From positions 160,001 to 224,000 of the forward strand of contig CAVPCT010000006.1 of NCBI GenBank assembly GCA_963702475.1: a stretch of DNA of 64,000 nt. Direction: 5' to 3'. Positions 10,283-20,163 of this stretch are shown here, one piece after another (within the stretch, counting starts at the first letter, position 1; the number at the start of each line of letters is the position of its first letter). The stretch is from an uncultured Thermoleophilia bacterium. GTDB lineage: Bacteria > Actinomycetota > Thermoleophilia > UBA2241. A program made the translations under genes and the position numbers. The notes under the pieces were generated by a model, which worked only from the letters and a program-made list of their open reading frames with translations, was not told the DNA's origin and made no database searches.

Positions 10283-11161
10283 TCAGGGCGCAGGCGGCGG
10301 AGCGGCGCTCAGCGGAGCCCTTCGCCGCCTGATCTCGCGGTCGACGATCGCCCCCGCCAGCAGGGCGATGTTCAGGATCCACGCCCACACGAGGAAGACG
10401 ATCGCGGTGGCGAGGGCGCCGTACACGCGGTCGTACGACGCCCAGTGCGTCAGGTAGTACCGGAAGACCCCGGTGATGCCGACCCACAGCACGAGCGTGG
10501 TGACGGCGCCGCCGAGCAGCGAGAGCAGGCCCTTGCGCGGCCGCGAGGGCGCGAAGCGGAACAGCAGGCCGACCATCAGCAGGCCCAGCGCGAACAGCAC
10601 CGGCCACTTCGCCCACGACCAGAGGTGCAGCGGCCCGTTGCCGATGCCCGTCGCGTCGGCGATCGCCGATCCCACGGGCCCGACCAGCGTGAGTGCCACA
10701 GCCGTCAGGGTGAGCAGCACCAGCAGGCCGACGGCGAGTGGGATGCGTACCGGCAGGTCCCTCCAGATCGGCCGCATGGACTTCGCTTCGTTGATGACGT
10801 CGGCGGCCCACATGAACGCGCCGACGAAGCTCGAGGCGGCCCACAGCGACAGGAGAGCGCCGAGGACCAGCGCGAGGGTGGACGAGTGGGACCGCACGAT
10901 GCCGTCGACGGCGCTGGTGAAGAACTGCACCGCCCAGGTGGCGCCGAGCTCGCCGATCGCGTCGATGAGGTCGTGCAGGGTGTCCGCCGGAAGGCCGGCC
11001 ACGCCCAGCAGGGCCACCATGACCAGGAACGCCGGGAACAGCGACAGCACCGTGTAGTACGTGAGCGCGGCCGCCAGCCTGGGCACGTTGAGCGCGAGGA
11101 TGGGGGCGATCAGCGCCCATGCCCTGCGCGCCAGAGCGGCGGCGCCACCGCGTTGCTCCAT
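10283..11161 (-). CDS. YihY/BrkB family membrane protein
   Basis: AAALTYYTVLSLFP, YDRVYGAL..IVFLVW, about 6 TM segments. Confidence 0.88.
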   Translation of the reverse strand: MEQRGGAAALARRAWALIAPILALNVPRLAAALTYYTVLSLFPAFLVMVALLGVAGLPADTLHDLIDAIGELGATWAVQFFTSAVDGIVRSHSSTLALVLGALLSLWAASSFVGAFMWAADVINEAKSMRPIWRDLPVRIPLAVGLLVLLTLTAVALTLVGPVGSAIADATGIGNGPLHLWSWAKWPVLFALGLLMVGLLFRFAPSRPRKGLLSLLGGAVTTLVLWVGITGVFRYYLTHWASYDRVYGALATAIVFLVWAWILNIALLAGAIVDREIRRRRAPLSAAPPPAP

Positions 11162-11566
11162 GAGGCCTCCGGGAGACGACGACCCCGCAAGCCTATCCGG
11201 AAGAGAGCCGGTGCGGGTGCGGTCGAGGGGACAGGACCATGCAGCCGGACCTTCGGGCGACTTGGTGCCGCGGTGTCACGCTCGTCGTGGCCCCACCAGA
11301 TCCGACGTAGGCCATGAGGAAGTGCGGTCCTCGGGATCCTCCGCCCCGAGTCCCCAGACGCCGAAGAGGACCGCGGCTGCCACTCGAGACTCCGCCGCCT
11401 GGCCGCCATCCACGCCGACCTTGGTGACCGCGCTCCTCGGGAGCGCGGTCACGAGCTTCTTGCGGTTCACTCGATCGCGACGTGGCGCAGGCCTACACAG
11501 CCACGCCGATGACGACGAGGAAGACGACGAGGAAGACGAAGCCTGGGCCTCGGCCGCGCGGGCGCT

Positions 11567-12226
11567 TCAGCCGTCGCGCCCGTCTTCGGCGGCGGGCTGC
11601 GCCCCGCTCACCGCCGCCAGGCGTTCCTTGAACCCCGTCTCCTCGAAGATCGTCTGCACTTCCTTCACCACGTGCTCGGGCGGGAAGAGGTCGCCGAGCC
11701 CGAGCTCCGCACGCACCTCCAGCAGGTGGTCCATGTAGGTGGTCCACTTCTCCCCCCAGGCCTCCCCTATCGCGGGGAACATGAGGTGCGGGTCGCCGCC
11801 CATGCCCTTCTCGTAGAAGTTGCCGCACCACTCCGCGAACATCTCCACGTGGCGCCGGCCGCAGCCGTTCTCCACCTGCATGCCGCGGATCACCTGGTTG
11901 ATCACGGCGACGCTGTTGTGGCGCGGGCAGCGGCTCTGGCACGTGTAGCAGTAGTAGCAGTACCAGAGGGTGTCGTCCTCGAGCAGCGTGACGTCGCCGT
12001 CGAGGGCGCGGCGCGCGGTCTCCCGCGGTGAGTACTCGGTGAAGCGCGCTGCCGGGCAGCCTGAGGTGCAGATGCCGCACTGCACGCAGCTCTGGAAGCC
12101 GTCCCTGTGGTCGTGCATGCGCGGGTCCTCGAGGATGCGCCGGACGAGCTCCGGGTCCCGCCGCGGCGTCGCCGCGAACGTGTCGTCGGCGATGTGGGCG
12201 TAGGGGTTGTCCTTGGCGTCAGGCAT
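11567..12226 (-). CDS. hdrC: Heterodisulfide reductase subunit C-like
   Basis: CVQCGICTSGCP and WYCYYCYTCQSRCP 2x[4Fe-4S]; last gene of hdr operon. Confidence 0.88.
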   Translation of the reverse strand: MPDAKDNPYAHIADDTFAATPRRDPELVRRILEDPRMHDHRDGFQSCVQCGICTSGCPAARFTEYSPRETARRALDGDVTLLEDDTLWYCYYCYTCQSRCPRHNSVAVINQVIRGMQVENGCGRRHVEMFAEWCGNFYEKGMGGDPHLMFPAIGEAWGEKWTTYMDHLLEVRAELGLGDLFPPEHVVKEVQTIFEETGFKERLAAVSGAQPAAEDGRDG

Positions 12227-13409
12227 GAGCGGGCTCCTCGGGGGCGCTGGGCACGGCCCGGAAGAACTCGGGCCAGAAGTGGACGGGGACGGTGAGCTTG
12301 AGCTCGCGGGCCGCCGACCGCAGGTTGTCGCGGCACAGGACGCAGGTGGTCACGACGGGCGCGCGCTGGTCCTCGGCGAAGCCGAGCAGGCGCGCGCTGC
12401 TCTTGGTGGCGCCCCGGTACATGCCGCCCAGGGCGCCACAGCACCCGCTGTGCATGGTGGGGTAGTCGACGACGAGGTCGGCGCCGGACAGTTCGGCGGC
12501 GTCGCCGAGCGCCCCGAGCGCCGCATCCCTGTCTGCGAGGCAGCCGACGTACGGCACGAACCCTGCGCCGGCCGCGCGCAGGGCGATGCCCGGCGTGCGC
12601 GCGGCCCGCTCGGTGAGCGCGTCCCAGAGCGGGACGGCGTCCACGCCGGCCTCGGCGAGGCCGGCGTCGCAGGCCGGGCAGGCGGTGAAGACGCGCTCCG
12701 CGCTCGCGAAGAGACTGCCCACCGAGCCGCGGCTGGGGTGGCCGCAGCAGCCGGCGTCCGCCTCCTCCACGAGGCGGACGCCGAAGCCGGCGGCCACCTC
12801 GTGCACCAGGGCGTGCAGCTCGCGGTCCTGCGGCAGCGAGCAGCCGGAGTAGAAGGGCAGTGCGGCGGCGCCGGCCGGGAGGTCGGCGGCCGGCGCCGCG
12901 CACTTCTTGCCGCCGGGCAGCAGCTGCCGCGCGAGCTTCACGCCCAGCTCGGCCGCGCCCAGCTTGTCTTTGGGCAGGTACCCTCTGACCGCCATGGCCA
13001 CGCCGAACCGACCGTTGTCGATGCGTGGCCGCTTGCCCAGGTGGCCGGTGGCGACATCTGCGGCGGTGCGCTCGGCGCAGCGGATCCGGCCGCCGTGCTC
13101 GCGCTCCAGCCGCCGCAGCCTGTGCAGCACGCCGGCGACGTCGATGTCCATGCGGCACACCGTCGTGCACGTGCCGCACTCGGTGCAGCGCCACAGGTCG
13201 TCGCTCCTCAGCACCGCGTCGATCTCGCCGGCGAGGATGAGCCGGACGATCCGCCGCGGCCCCCGGTACAGCTCACGCCCGCTCGGGCAGCTCGACGTGC
13301 AGGTCCCGCACTGGTAGCAGATGGCGCACTCCTGCGCGAGCCGGGCGAACTCGTCCCTCACCGCCTGCGGGTACTCCCTCGCGTCAGCGACCGCGGCCAC
13401 AGGGCTCAC
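12219..13409 (-). CDS. HdrC-HdrB fusion (2x[4Fe-4S] plus two compact CCG domains)
   Basis: CYQCGTCTSSCP, WRCTECGTCTTVC, then FYSGC..GCCG..ACPAC and YVGC..GCCG..TCVLC. Confidence 0.82.
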   Translation of the reverse strand: MSPVAAVADAREYPQAVRDEFARLAQECAICYQCGTCTSSCPSGRELYRGPRRIVRLILAGEIDAVLRSDDLWRCTECGTCTTVCRMDIDVAGVLHRLRRLEREHGGRIRCAERTAADVATGHLGKRPRIDNGRFGVAMAVRGYLPKDKLGAAELGVKLARQLLPGGKKCAAPAADLPAGAAALPFYSGCSLPQDRELHALVHEVAAGFGVRLVEEADAGCCGHPSRGSVGSLFASAERVFTACPACDAGLAEAGVDAVPLWDALTERAARTPGIALRAAGAGFVPYVGCLADRDAALGALGDAAELSGADLVVDYPTMHSGCCGALGGMYRGATKSSARLLGFAEDQRAPVVTTCVLCRDNLRSAARELKLTVPVHFWPEFFRAVPSAPEEPAHA

Positions 13410-15918
13410 CTCCTCCGCAAGCGGCGGGGGCGCCCGCGGCGACGCCGATCAGCTCCATCTCCTGCGCGACGAGCTCGTCCGAGAGCTCGTCGCCTGCTGC
13501 CCTCGCGGTGAACATCCGGATGCGCCGGCCTACGCTCGTGCGGTCCACGGCGCACAGGTGCCAGAGCTCAAGCGGGAGCGGCGTGCCCGCGTCGGCGAGC
13601 ACCTCCTCGGCGATCGTGACCTGCTGCACGGCGCTGGCGTCGCCGCTGCGGTACTGGCAGCGGCCTTCAGCGCAGCCGGCGAGGAACACGCCGGCTGCGC
13701 CCAGACGGGCCGCCTCCACGATGTGCATCGCGCTGATCCGCCCCAGGCAGGGCAACTCGATGAGCCGCACGCTCTCGGGATACTTGTCCCGGCGCTGGCC
13801 GGCGAGGCCGATGGCGGCGCCGGCGCACTCTCTGCAGTAGAACCCGACGACCGGCTTATCGACGCCCTGCATCATGGTCGCGATGCGACCGCACAGGGCG
13901 TCGTCGCTCAGGTTGTGGGCGATCGCGACCTCGGGGCAGTTGGCCGCGCAGATGCCGCAGGCGCGGCAGCTCTGGGGGTCGATAACGGCCAGCTTGCCGT
14001 CATCCTTCACCTCGTCAGGCCGCGCCTCCCACGCCGGCCGCTCGACCAGCGTGATCGCGCCGAACGGGCACATGGCGGCGCAGGTGTCGCAGCCCACGCA
14101 GTGGGCGGCATCCACGCGGGACGGGGCCGTGCCCCGGCGTCCCGCCGAGGTGAGGAAGTTGTGGATCTCGCTGGCGACCGCCGAGGCCTCGGTGTTGACC
14201 TCGATGAGCGCCTTGGGCCCGGCGGCGGAGCCGCAGACGAAGATGCCCTCGCCGCTGGTCTCGGTGGCCCTGTTCTTGCGGTCCAGGATCTCCACGAAGC
14301 CGTCCTTGTCGCGGTCGACGCCGAGCGTCTGGCTCAGCACGTCGGTCCCATCGGCCGGGACCATGCCGGTGCTGAGGACCACGAGGTCCGGACGCAGCAC
14401 CCGCTTGCGCGCCGCGGTGACGTCCTCGACCTCGATGACGGGCCGACCGGCGGCGTCCACCTGCACCTCGGGCGGCGTGCCGCGCAGAAACTCCACGCCG
14501 GCGCGCCGCGCGTCCAGGAACCAGTTCTCGTACCCGACGCCCGCGGTGCGCATCTCCAGGTAGCAGATGGTCACCTTCATGGCCGGGAACAGGGTCTTCA
14601 GGCGGATCGCGTGCTTGAGCGCGATCATGCAGCACAGACGCGAGCAGTGCGGCAGGTGACGCTGGTCGCGCGAGCCGGCGCACTGGATCATCACGAGCTC
14701 CTCGACCGGCATGCACCCGAGCGCGGCCTGCGCCGCCCAGTCGTCCATCATCTCGGCGAGCTCGACCTGGGTGACGACGCCGTCCTGCCCGTAGCCGAGG
14801 TAGTCGTAGTACTCGTGCGGCGCGGGCTCGCACCCCGTGGCGGTGAGGACCGCGCCGGCCTTCACCGTCGTCCGCCGCGGCGACTGCCCGAAGTCGATGG
14901 CCTCCACCGGGCACGCGCCTGCGCAGGCGCCACAGAACGTGCAGGTCTCGAGGTCGACGGTGCGGATCACGCGGCCGTCGTAGAACTCCGTGAAGACGGC
15001 CTTGCGTCCGGGCTCAGCGGAATCGACCTCGCACACCGTCTCGCAGGTGCCGCAATTGATGCAGGCGTCGGTGACGATGTTCGGGAGCGTGCGGATGCTC
15101 ACCTGGAAGTCGCCGGGGTGGCCGGTGACCGACTCGACCGTGGAACGGCGGTGCACCAACAGGTTCGGGTGGTCGATGGCGACGTTGCGGTGGAAGCACT
15201 TGCGGGTGCCGGCCTGGGCGTCTGTGGTCGGCAGGCACTGGCCGCAGTCGTTGGTGGGGAACACGGTGCCGATGCGGGCGGCACGGCCGCCGAGGAACGG
15301 CCGCCGCTCGACGAGCTCGACGTGATGTCCCATCTGGGCGAGCTCTACGGCAGCTTGCGTGCCGGCCACGCCGCCGCCAATGACGACGACGGTGTCGCGG
15401 CGCTCGGCGTAACTCATCGTGTCGGCCGGGGCGTCCGGGTAGGCGATAGACGAGTCGACGATGCGCGCTGCCTTGTCGGTGACGGCCACGACGTCGTCGC
15501 CGTGCACCCAGCTGCAGCCCTCGCGGATGTCGGCGATCTCGAGCTGCAGGCCGCGCGTCGTGAGCTTCTGGAAGCGGCGCGCGGCGAAGTCGGCGGAGCA
15601 GCCGGCGAAGACGAGCTGGCGGCCGGGCCTGGCGCCGGTGTGGCCGGGGACTCCGGCTCCGCCCCTGGCCCCGGTCTGGTCGTCAGCCCCGGCGTCCATC
15701 AGCTCGAGCATGCGGGCCTGGCCGACGCGGCTGCACCAGTGGGTGCCGCGGAGCACGTCGGCGTGCAGCGAGGCGTGCCGCTCGAGCCGCTCGAAGTCGA
15801 TGTTGGTCATCGTGCCGGCGCACTCGCAGAGCAGGACGAGCGGGCGGCCGGCGTCGTCGCCGGCAGCCAGGCCGAGGACGGTGCCGGGCGCGGCGCTTCT
15901 ACCTTTCGTGCCACTCAT
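13384..15918 (-). CDS. hdrA: HdrA-MvhD fusion protein
   Basis: LCEC, IREGCSWVH, GGGVAG, VFPTNDC, inserted 2x[4Fe-4S], CSRLCCMIALK, C-terminal ferredoxin, then MvhD domain (FYCRECA, PCLGRI, GCAEGRCQY); ATG 15918 overlaps upstream stop. Confidence 0.9.
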   Translation of the reverse strand: MSGTKGRSAAPGTVLGLAAGDDAGRPLVLLCECAGTMTNIDFERLERHASLHADVLRGTHWCSRVGQARMLELMDAGADDQTGARGGAGVPGHTGARPGRQLVFAGCSADFAARRFQKLTTRGLQLEIADIREGCSWVHGDDVVAVTDKAARIVDSSIAYPDAPADTMSYAERRDTVVVIGGGVAGTQAAVELAQMGHHVELVERRPFLGGRAARIGTVFPTNDCGQCLPTTDAQAGTRKCFHRNVAIDHPNLLVHRRSTVESVTGHPGDFQVSIRTLPNIVTDACINCGTCETVCEVDSAEPGRKAVFTEFYDGRVIRTVDLETCTFCGACAGACPVEAIDFGQSPRRTTVKAGAVLTATGCEPAPHEYYDYLGYGQDGVVTQVELAEMMDDWAAQAALGCMPVEELVMIQCAGSRDQRHLPHCSRLCCMIALKHAIRLKTLFPAMKVTICYLEMRTAGVGYENWFLDARRAGVEFLRGTPPEVQVDAAGRPVIEVEDVTAARKRVLRPDLVVLSTGMVPADGTDVLSQTLGVDRDKDGFVEILDRKNRATETSGEGIFVCGSAAGPKALIEVNTEASAVASEIHNFLTSAGRRGTAPSRVDAAHCVGCDTCAAMCPFGAITLVERPAWEARPDEVKDDGKLAVIDPQSCRACGICAANCPEVAIAHNLSDDALCGRIATMMQGVDKPVVGFYCRECAGAAIGLAGQRRDKYPESVRLIELPCLGRISAMHIVEAARLGAAGVFLAGCAEGRCQYRSGDASAVQQVTIAEEVLADAGTPLPLELWHLCAVDRTSVGRRIRMFTARAAGDELSDELVAQEMELIGVAAGAPAACGGGEPCGRGR

Positions 15919-16364
15919 GCGCTCGCCCCCTCGGCCGCGACGGCGGGCGGGGCCGATCCGCCCGCGGCGTCCGCCCGCGGCGGCCGCGCCTCGATGGCGC
16001 CGGCCGGGCAGGTGCGGGCGCAGGTGCCGCAGCCGAGGCACCTCGCGTCGTCGTACACGATGGTGCGGAACACGGTGACGCGCTCCGGCACCTCGACGGG
16101 GTCGTCGGGCTCGTGGCGCATCAGGACGCGCAAGGCGGCGCCCAGCTCGCCGCGGCGGCTACCCTCCGGCGCCTCGAGGAGCTGGCGCACGTCGAAGAAG
16201 TCGCCACGCTCGGAGGCGCCGCTCGGGCAGTTCTTGGCACAGGCGCCGCAGCCTACGCAGAGCTCTTCGTGGCGGACGATGTCGCAGCCGACGCCGGCCG
16301 TGCTCCCCAGGTGCCCGCCGGGCACGCGGCCGAGGATCTCGCGCCCTCGCTGCGTGAGCGGCAT
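15915..16364 (-). CDS. 2x[4Fe-4S] ferredoxin with long inter-cluster insert
   Basis: CVGCGACAKNCP and CLGCGTCARTCP; translationally coupled on both sides. Confidence 0.85.
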   Translation of the reverse strand: MPLTQRGREILGRVPGGHLGSTAGVGCDIVRHEELCVGCGACAKNCPSGASERGDFFDVRQLLEAPEGSRRGELGAALRVLMRHEPDDPVEVPERVTVFRTIVYDDARCLGCGTCARTCPAGAIEARPPRADAAGGSAPPAVAAEGASA

Positions 16365-16822
16365 CAGGCAGCCCCCCTCGTCGCGGCGAGCAGGTCCGGT
16401 GATGGCGACGCGTCGCCGGTCGATCGCGGCAGGGGCGGCAGCCCGCCGATCACCCGGTCCATTTCCCGCACGGCGGCCACGAACTTGGGCGGCTCGCCTG
16501 CGCTCATCGTGAACATGCGACAGCGCTCGGGCTCCACGCCGACGCTCTTCAGCAGGCGCTGCACGAAGGCCACGCGGTCGACGGCGTTGAAGTTGCCCTC
16601 GCGGTAGTGACACTGGCCCAGCAGGCAGCCTGCGACCATGACGCCGTCGGCACACTCCGCGAGCGCCTTGAGCAGGTGCAGCGGGCTGACGCGACCGGTG
16701 CACGGCATCAGCACGAGGCGCACCGTCGGCGGCAGCGGCGTGCGCGCGTTGGCGCTCGCGTCGGCCGCCGCGTAGGCGCACTCCCGGCAGCAGAAGGCGA
16801 CGATGGTGCGGTCCTCACCCAT
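16364..16822 (-). CDS. mvhD: MvhD-like [2Fe-2S] protein
   Basis: IVAFCCRECAY, PCTGRV, GCLLGQCHYREGN, SAGE. Confidence 0.9.
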   Translation of the reverse strand: MGEDRTIVAFCCRECAYAAADASANARTPLPPTVRLVLMPCTGRVSPLHLLKALAECADGVMVAGCLLGQCHYREGNFNAVDRVAFVQRLLKSVGVEPERCRMFTMSAGEPPKFVAAVREMDRVIGGLPPLPRSTGDASPSPDLLAATRGAA

Positions 16823-19800
16823 CAGACGGTCGCCTCCGCCAACACCTCGGCGTCGCTGAACCCGCCGAGCTGCATCGCCCCCGTGGGGCACTCGGCGGCG
16901 CAGATGCCGCAGCCGCGGCAGATGTTGGGGTCGACGGCCGAGTGCGCGTCGGCTCCCACCGTGATGGTGATCGCCGTCTGCGGGCAGGCGGTCTCGCACA
17001 CACCGCAGGCGACGCAGACGTCCACGTCGCTCGAGGCCACCTGGGCAGGCGTCATCGCGAAGCCCGTGCTGAGCATGCTGATCGCACGGGCGGCCGCGGC
17101 CTTCGCCTGGGCGATGGACTCGGGGATCGTCTTGGGACCCTGGGCGGTGCCGCACAGGAACATGCCCGTCCGCTGCGTGTCGACGGGAGCCAGCTTGGGG
17201 TGGAACTCGCGGATGAAGCCGGCGGCCGCGGTCTGGACGCCGGCGACGCGGGCGATGTCCTGCGTCCCCTTGGAGCCCTCGAGGCCGGCGGAGAGCACGA
17301 CGAGGTCGTACTGCTCCTCGCTCTTGGTGCCGGTCATCGTGTTCTCCATGCGCACGGTGAGGCTGCCGTCGAGTTCCTCGAGGATCTCGCCAATGCGGCC
17401 GCGCACGTAGCGAACGCCGCGCTCCTGCACGAGGCGGTAGTACTCCTCGTGCGCCTTGCCCGGCGTGCGCATGTCCGTGTAGCCGATGGTGACCTCGGCG
17501 TCCGGGTAGTGCTGCTTGATCAGCGAGCTGTGCAGCGTGGCGAACAGGCAGCAGATGGCCGAGCAGTGCTCGTTGCCGCTGCTGGTGCAGTCGCGCGAAC
17601 CGACGCACTGGAGCATGAAGATGCGCTTGGGCGTCTCGCCGTCCGAGGGGCGCTTGAGCTCGCCCGCGGTCGGCCCGGAGGCCGAGAGCAGACGGGCGAG
17701 CTGGCTCTGCGTGAGCACGTTCTTGAAGCGGCCGTAGCCGAGCGGCAGCTTGCGCGTGGCGTCGAACTCCTGATGGCCGGTGGCCAGGATGATGGCGCCG
17801 ACGGTGAGGTCTTCGTCCCAGGGCTGCTGGTCGAAGTCGATGGCGTCGGCGGGGCACGCCGCGATGCACGACTTGCAGTCGGAGCACACGGCGCAGTCGA
17901 GGCAGCGCTCGGCCTCGGCGCGGACGTCCTCCTCGCTGAAGCCGAGGCGCACCTCCTCCCAGCCCTTGCGCCGGGTGACGCCGTCCAGGGTCTTCATGAT
18001 GCGCCGTGCCTGTGGCTCGAGGGGCTCGAGCTCGGTATGCGGGATCTTGACCTTGTCGGCCTCGCTGTCCCACACCGGGAGGAGCTGCTCGCCGCGCAGG
18101 AAGTTGTGGATGGCGCGGGCGCCACGGCGGCCGGCGGCGATCGCCTCGATGGCCGTCCAGGGGCCCATGGCGGCCGCGTCGCCGCCGGCGAACACGCCGG
18201 TGCGGCCGGTCATCATCGTGTCGGTGTCCACCTGGATCTGGCCGCGCTCCACGGAGACGTCGTCGGCGCCTGCGAGGAAGTCGTCCACGATGGCCTGGCC
18301 GACGGCGAAGATCACCGTGTCGGCCTCGAGCTCGACGAAGTCGCCCTCGACGGGGACGGGCGGGCGCCAGCCGCGCTCATTGGGCTCGCCCAGGGTGCAG
18401 CGCTGGAACTTGACGCCGGTCGCCGTGCCGCCCGCGCCGAGGATCTCGACGGGCATGAGCGAGTACTCGACGGTGACCTGCTCCTCCTTGCCCTCCTCGA
18501 TCTCCTCGGACGAGGCCGGCGCCGTGCGCTCGTCCTCGATGCAGGCGAGGGTGACCTCGTCGGCGCCGCAGCGGAACGCCGTGCGGCCGGCGTCGTAGGC
18601 CACATCGCCGCCGCCGACCACGACCACGCGCTTGCCGGTCTTCGGGTCCTCGCCGAGCGCCTGCGCGCGCAGGAACTCGACGGCGAGCACGACGCCGTGC
18701 TGATCGAGGCCGTCGATCGGCAGGTCCTTGCTCTGGTGCAGGCCGGTCGCGAGCAAGACGGCCTTGTAGCCGTCGGCGAACAGCGAGTTGACGGTGAAGT
18801 CCGCGCCGCAGCGCACTCCGGTCTTGAGCTCGACGCCGAGGGCCGTGATGCGGTCGATCTCGCCCTGCAGCGCCGGGCGCGGCAGGCGGTACTCGGGGAT
18901 GCCGACACGCAGCATGCCGCCGGCGACCGGAAGAGCCTCGAAGACGGTCGCCTTGTAGCCGAACTGCGCCAGCTCGCGGGCGGCGGTGAGCCCCGCGGGG
19001 CCGCCGCCGACGATCGCGACCGGCTCGTCGTAGAACACGGGCAGCGGCGCGGGCGGCTCCGCCGGCGCGCCGTGGTCGGCGACGAACCGCTTGATGCCGG
19101 CGATGGCGATGGGCTCGTCCACGTTGCCGCGCGTGCACTCGGTCTCGCACACGTGCGTGCAGATGCGGCCGCACACGCTCGGGAAGGGGTTCGGCTCGCC
19201 GGCGACCCGGTAGGCCTCCTCGTAGCGGCCCTTGGCCACCAGCGCCACGTAGCCGTGAGCCGAGGTGTGCACCGGGCAGGTGGTCTTGCACGGGCTCCAG
19301 CCCTTGCGGTCGACGGCGAACGTCGCCGGGACGGCGTTGGCGAACGGCCTGGAGATGGCCGTGCGCTCGCTGACGCCGAAGTCGTACTCGTTGGGATAGG
19401 TCACCGGACATACGGCGGCGCACTCGCCGCAGCCGACGCACTTCTCGTTCACGTAGCGTGCGCGGTGCCGAACGGTCACGTTGAACTCGCCGGGCGGTCC
19501 GGTGACCGAGGTGACGTCCGACAGCGCGTGGATGTGGATGCGGCTGTTGGTGGCCGCGCCGGTCAGGCGGGGAGCGAGGCTGCACATGGCGCAGTCCTCG
19601 GTCGGGAAGGTCTTGCTCAGCCGGGACATGTAGCCGCCGATGCTCTGCTGACGCTCGACGAGATGGACCTCGATGCCTGCGGCGGCGAGCTCCTCGGCGG
19701 CGGAGATGCCGGCGATGCCGCCGCCAACGACCAGGACCGAGCGGTTGAGGAACGTGCGCCGGCGTGGCAGGTCGCTCATGTGCTGCAGGCGGGCGACGGC

Positions 19801-20163
19801 GCCCTCGACGATCTTCTTCGCCTTGGCCTGCGCCCGCTCGGGCTCGTGCGCGTGCACGTAGGAGCAGCCCTCGCGGATGTTGCCGAAGGCCACGGAGTTC
19901 TCGCCCAGCCTGAGCTCGCGAGCGATGCGCTCGAAGGTGGGTCCCTGGAAGCGCGGCGAGCACGAGGCGATGACGAAGTGGTCGAGGCCGCGCTCTTCAA
20001 CAGCCTTCTCGATCATCGCGCGGCCTTCGGTGCCACACATGAACTGGTTGACGTTGACCTCGACGACCCCGTCGAGGGAACGCACGTGGTCGGCCAGCGG
20101 CTCGAGGTCCACGACGCCGCTGATGTTGCCGCCACACTCGCAGAGGAAGACCCCGGCCCTCAT
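16822..20163 (-). CDS. hdrA: HdrL-type protein: HdrA with inserted GltD/NfnB-like NAD(P)H oxidoreductase module
   Basis: GVFLCECG, ASCSPR, TFPTEDC; insert PCKTTCP..NPFPSVCGRIC..CETEC, GGGPAG, GIPEYRLP, GGGDVAYD, EAERCLDC; HdrA resumes (CVGSR, HPKLAP, QGPK). Confidence 0.9.
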   Translation of the reverse strand: MRAGVFLCECGGNISGVVDLEPLADHVRSLDGVVEVNVNQFMCGTEGRAMIEKAVEERGLDHFVIASCSPRFQGPTFERIARELRLGENSVAFGNIREGCSYVHAHEPERAQAKAKKIVEGAVARLQHMSDLPRRRTFLNRSVLVVGGGIAGISAAEELAAAGIEVHLVERQQSIGGYMSRLSKTFPTEDCAMCSLAPRLTGAATNSRIHIHALSDVTSVTGPPGEFNVTVRHRARYVNEKCVGCGECAAVCPVTYPNEYDFGVSERTAISRPFANAVPATFAVDRKGWSPCKTTCPVHTSAHGYVALVAKGRYEEAYRVAGEPNPFPSVCGRICTHVCETECTRGNVDEPIAIAGIKRFVADHGAPAEPPAPLPVFYDEPVAIVGGGPAGLTAARELAQFGYKATVFEALPVAGGMLRVGIPEYRLPRPALQGEIDRITALGVELKTGVRCGADFTVNSLFADGYKAVLLATGLHQSKDLPIDGLDQHGVVLAVEFLRAQALGEDPKTGKRVVVVGGGDVAYDAGRTAFRCGADEVTLACIEDERTAPASSEEIEEGKEEQVTVEYSLMPVEILGAGGTATGVKFQRCTLGEPNERGWRPPVPVEGDFVELEADTVIFAVGQAIVDDFLAGADDVSVERGQIQVDTDTMMTGRTGVFAGGDAAAMGPWTAIEAIAAGRRGARAIHNFLRGEQLLPVWDSEADKVKIPHTELEPLEPQARRIMKTLDGVTRRKGWEEVRLGFSEEDVRAEAERCLDCAVCSDCKSCIAACPADAIDFDQQPWDEDLTVGAIILATGHQEFDATRKLPLGYGRFKNVLTQSQLARLLSASGPTAGELKRPSDGETPKRIFMLQCVGSRDCTSSGNEHCSAICCLFATLHSSLIKQHYPDAEVTIGYTDMRTPGKAHEEYYRLVQERGVRYVRGRIGEILEELDGSLTVRMENTMTGTKSEEQYDLVVLSAGLEGSKGTQDIARVAGVQTAAAGFIREFHPKLAPVDTQRTGMFLCGTAQGPKTIPESIAQAKAAAARAISMLSTGFAMTPAQVASSDVDVCVACGVCETACPQTAITITVGADAHSAVDPNICRGCGICAAECPTGAMQLGGFSDAEVLAEATV

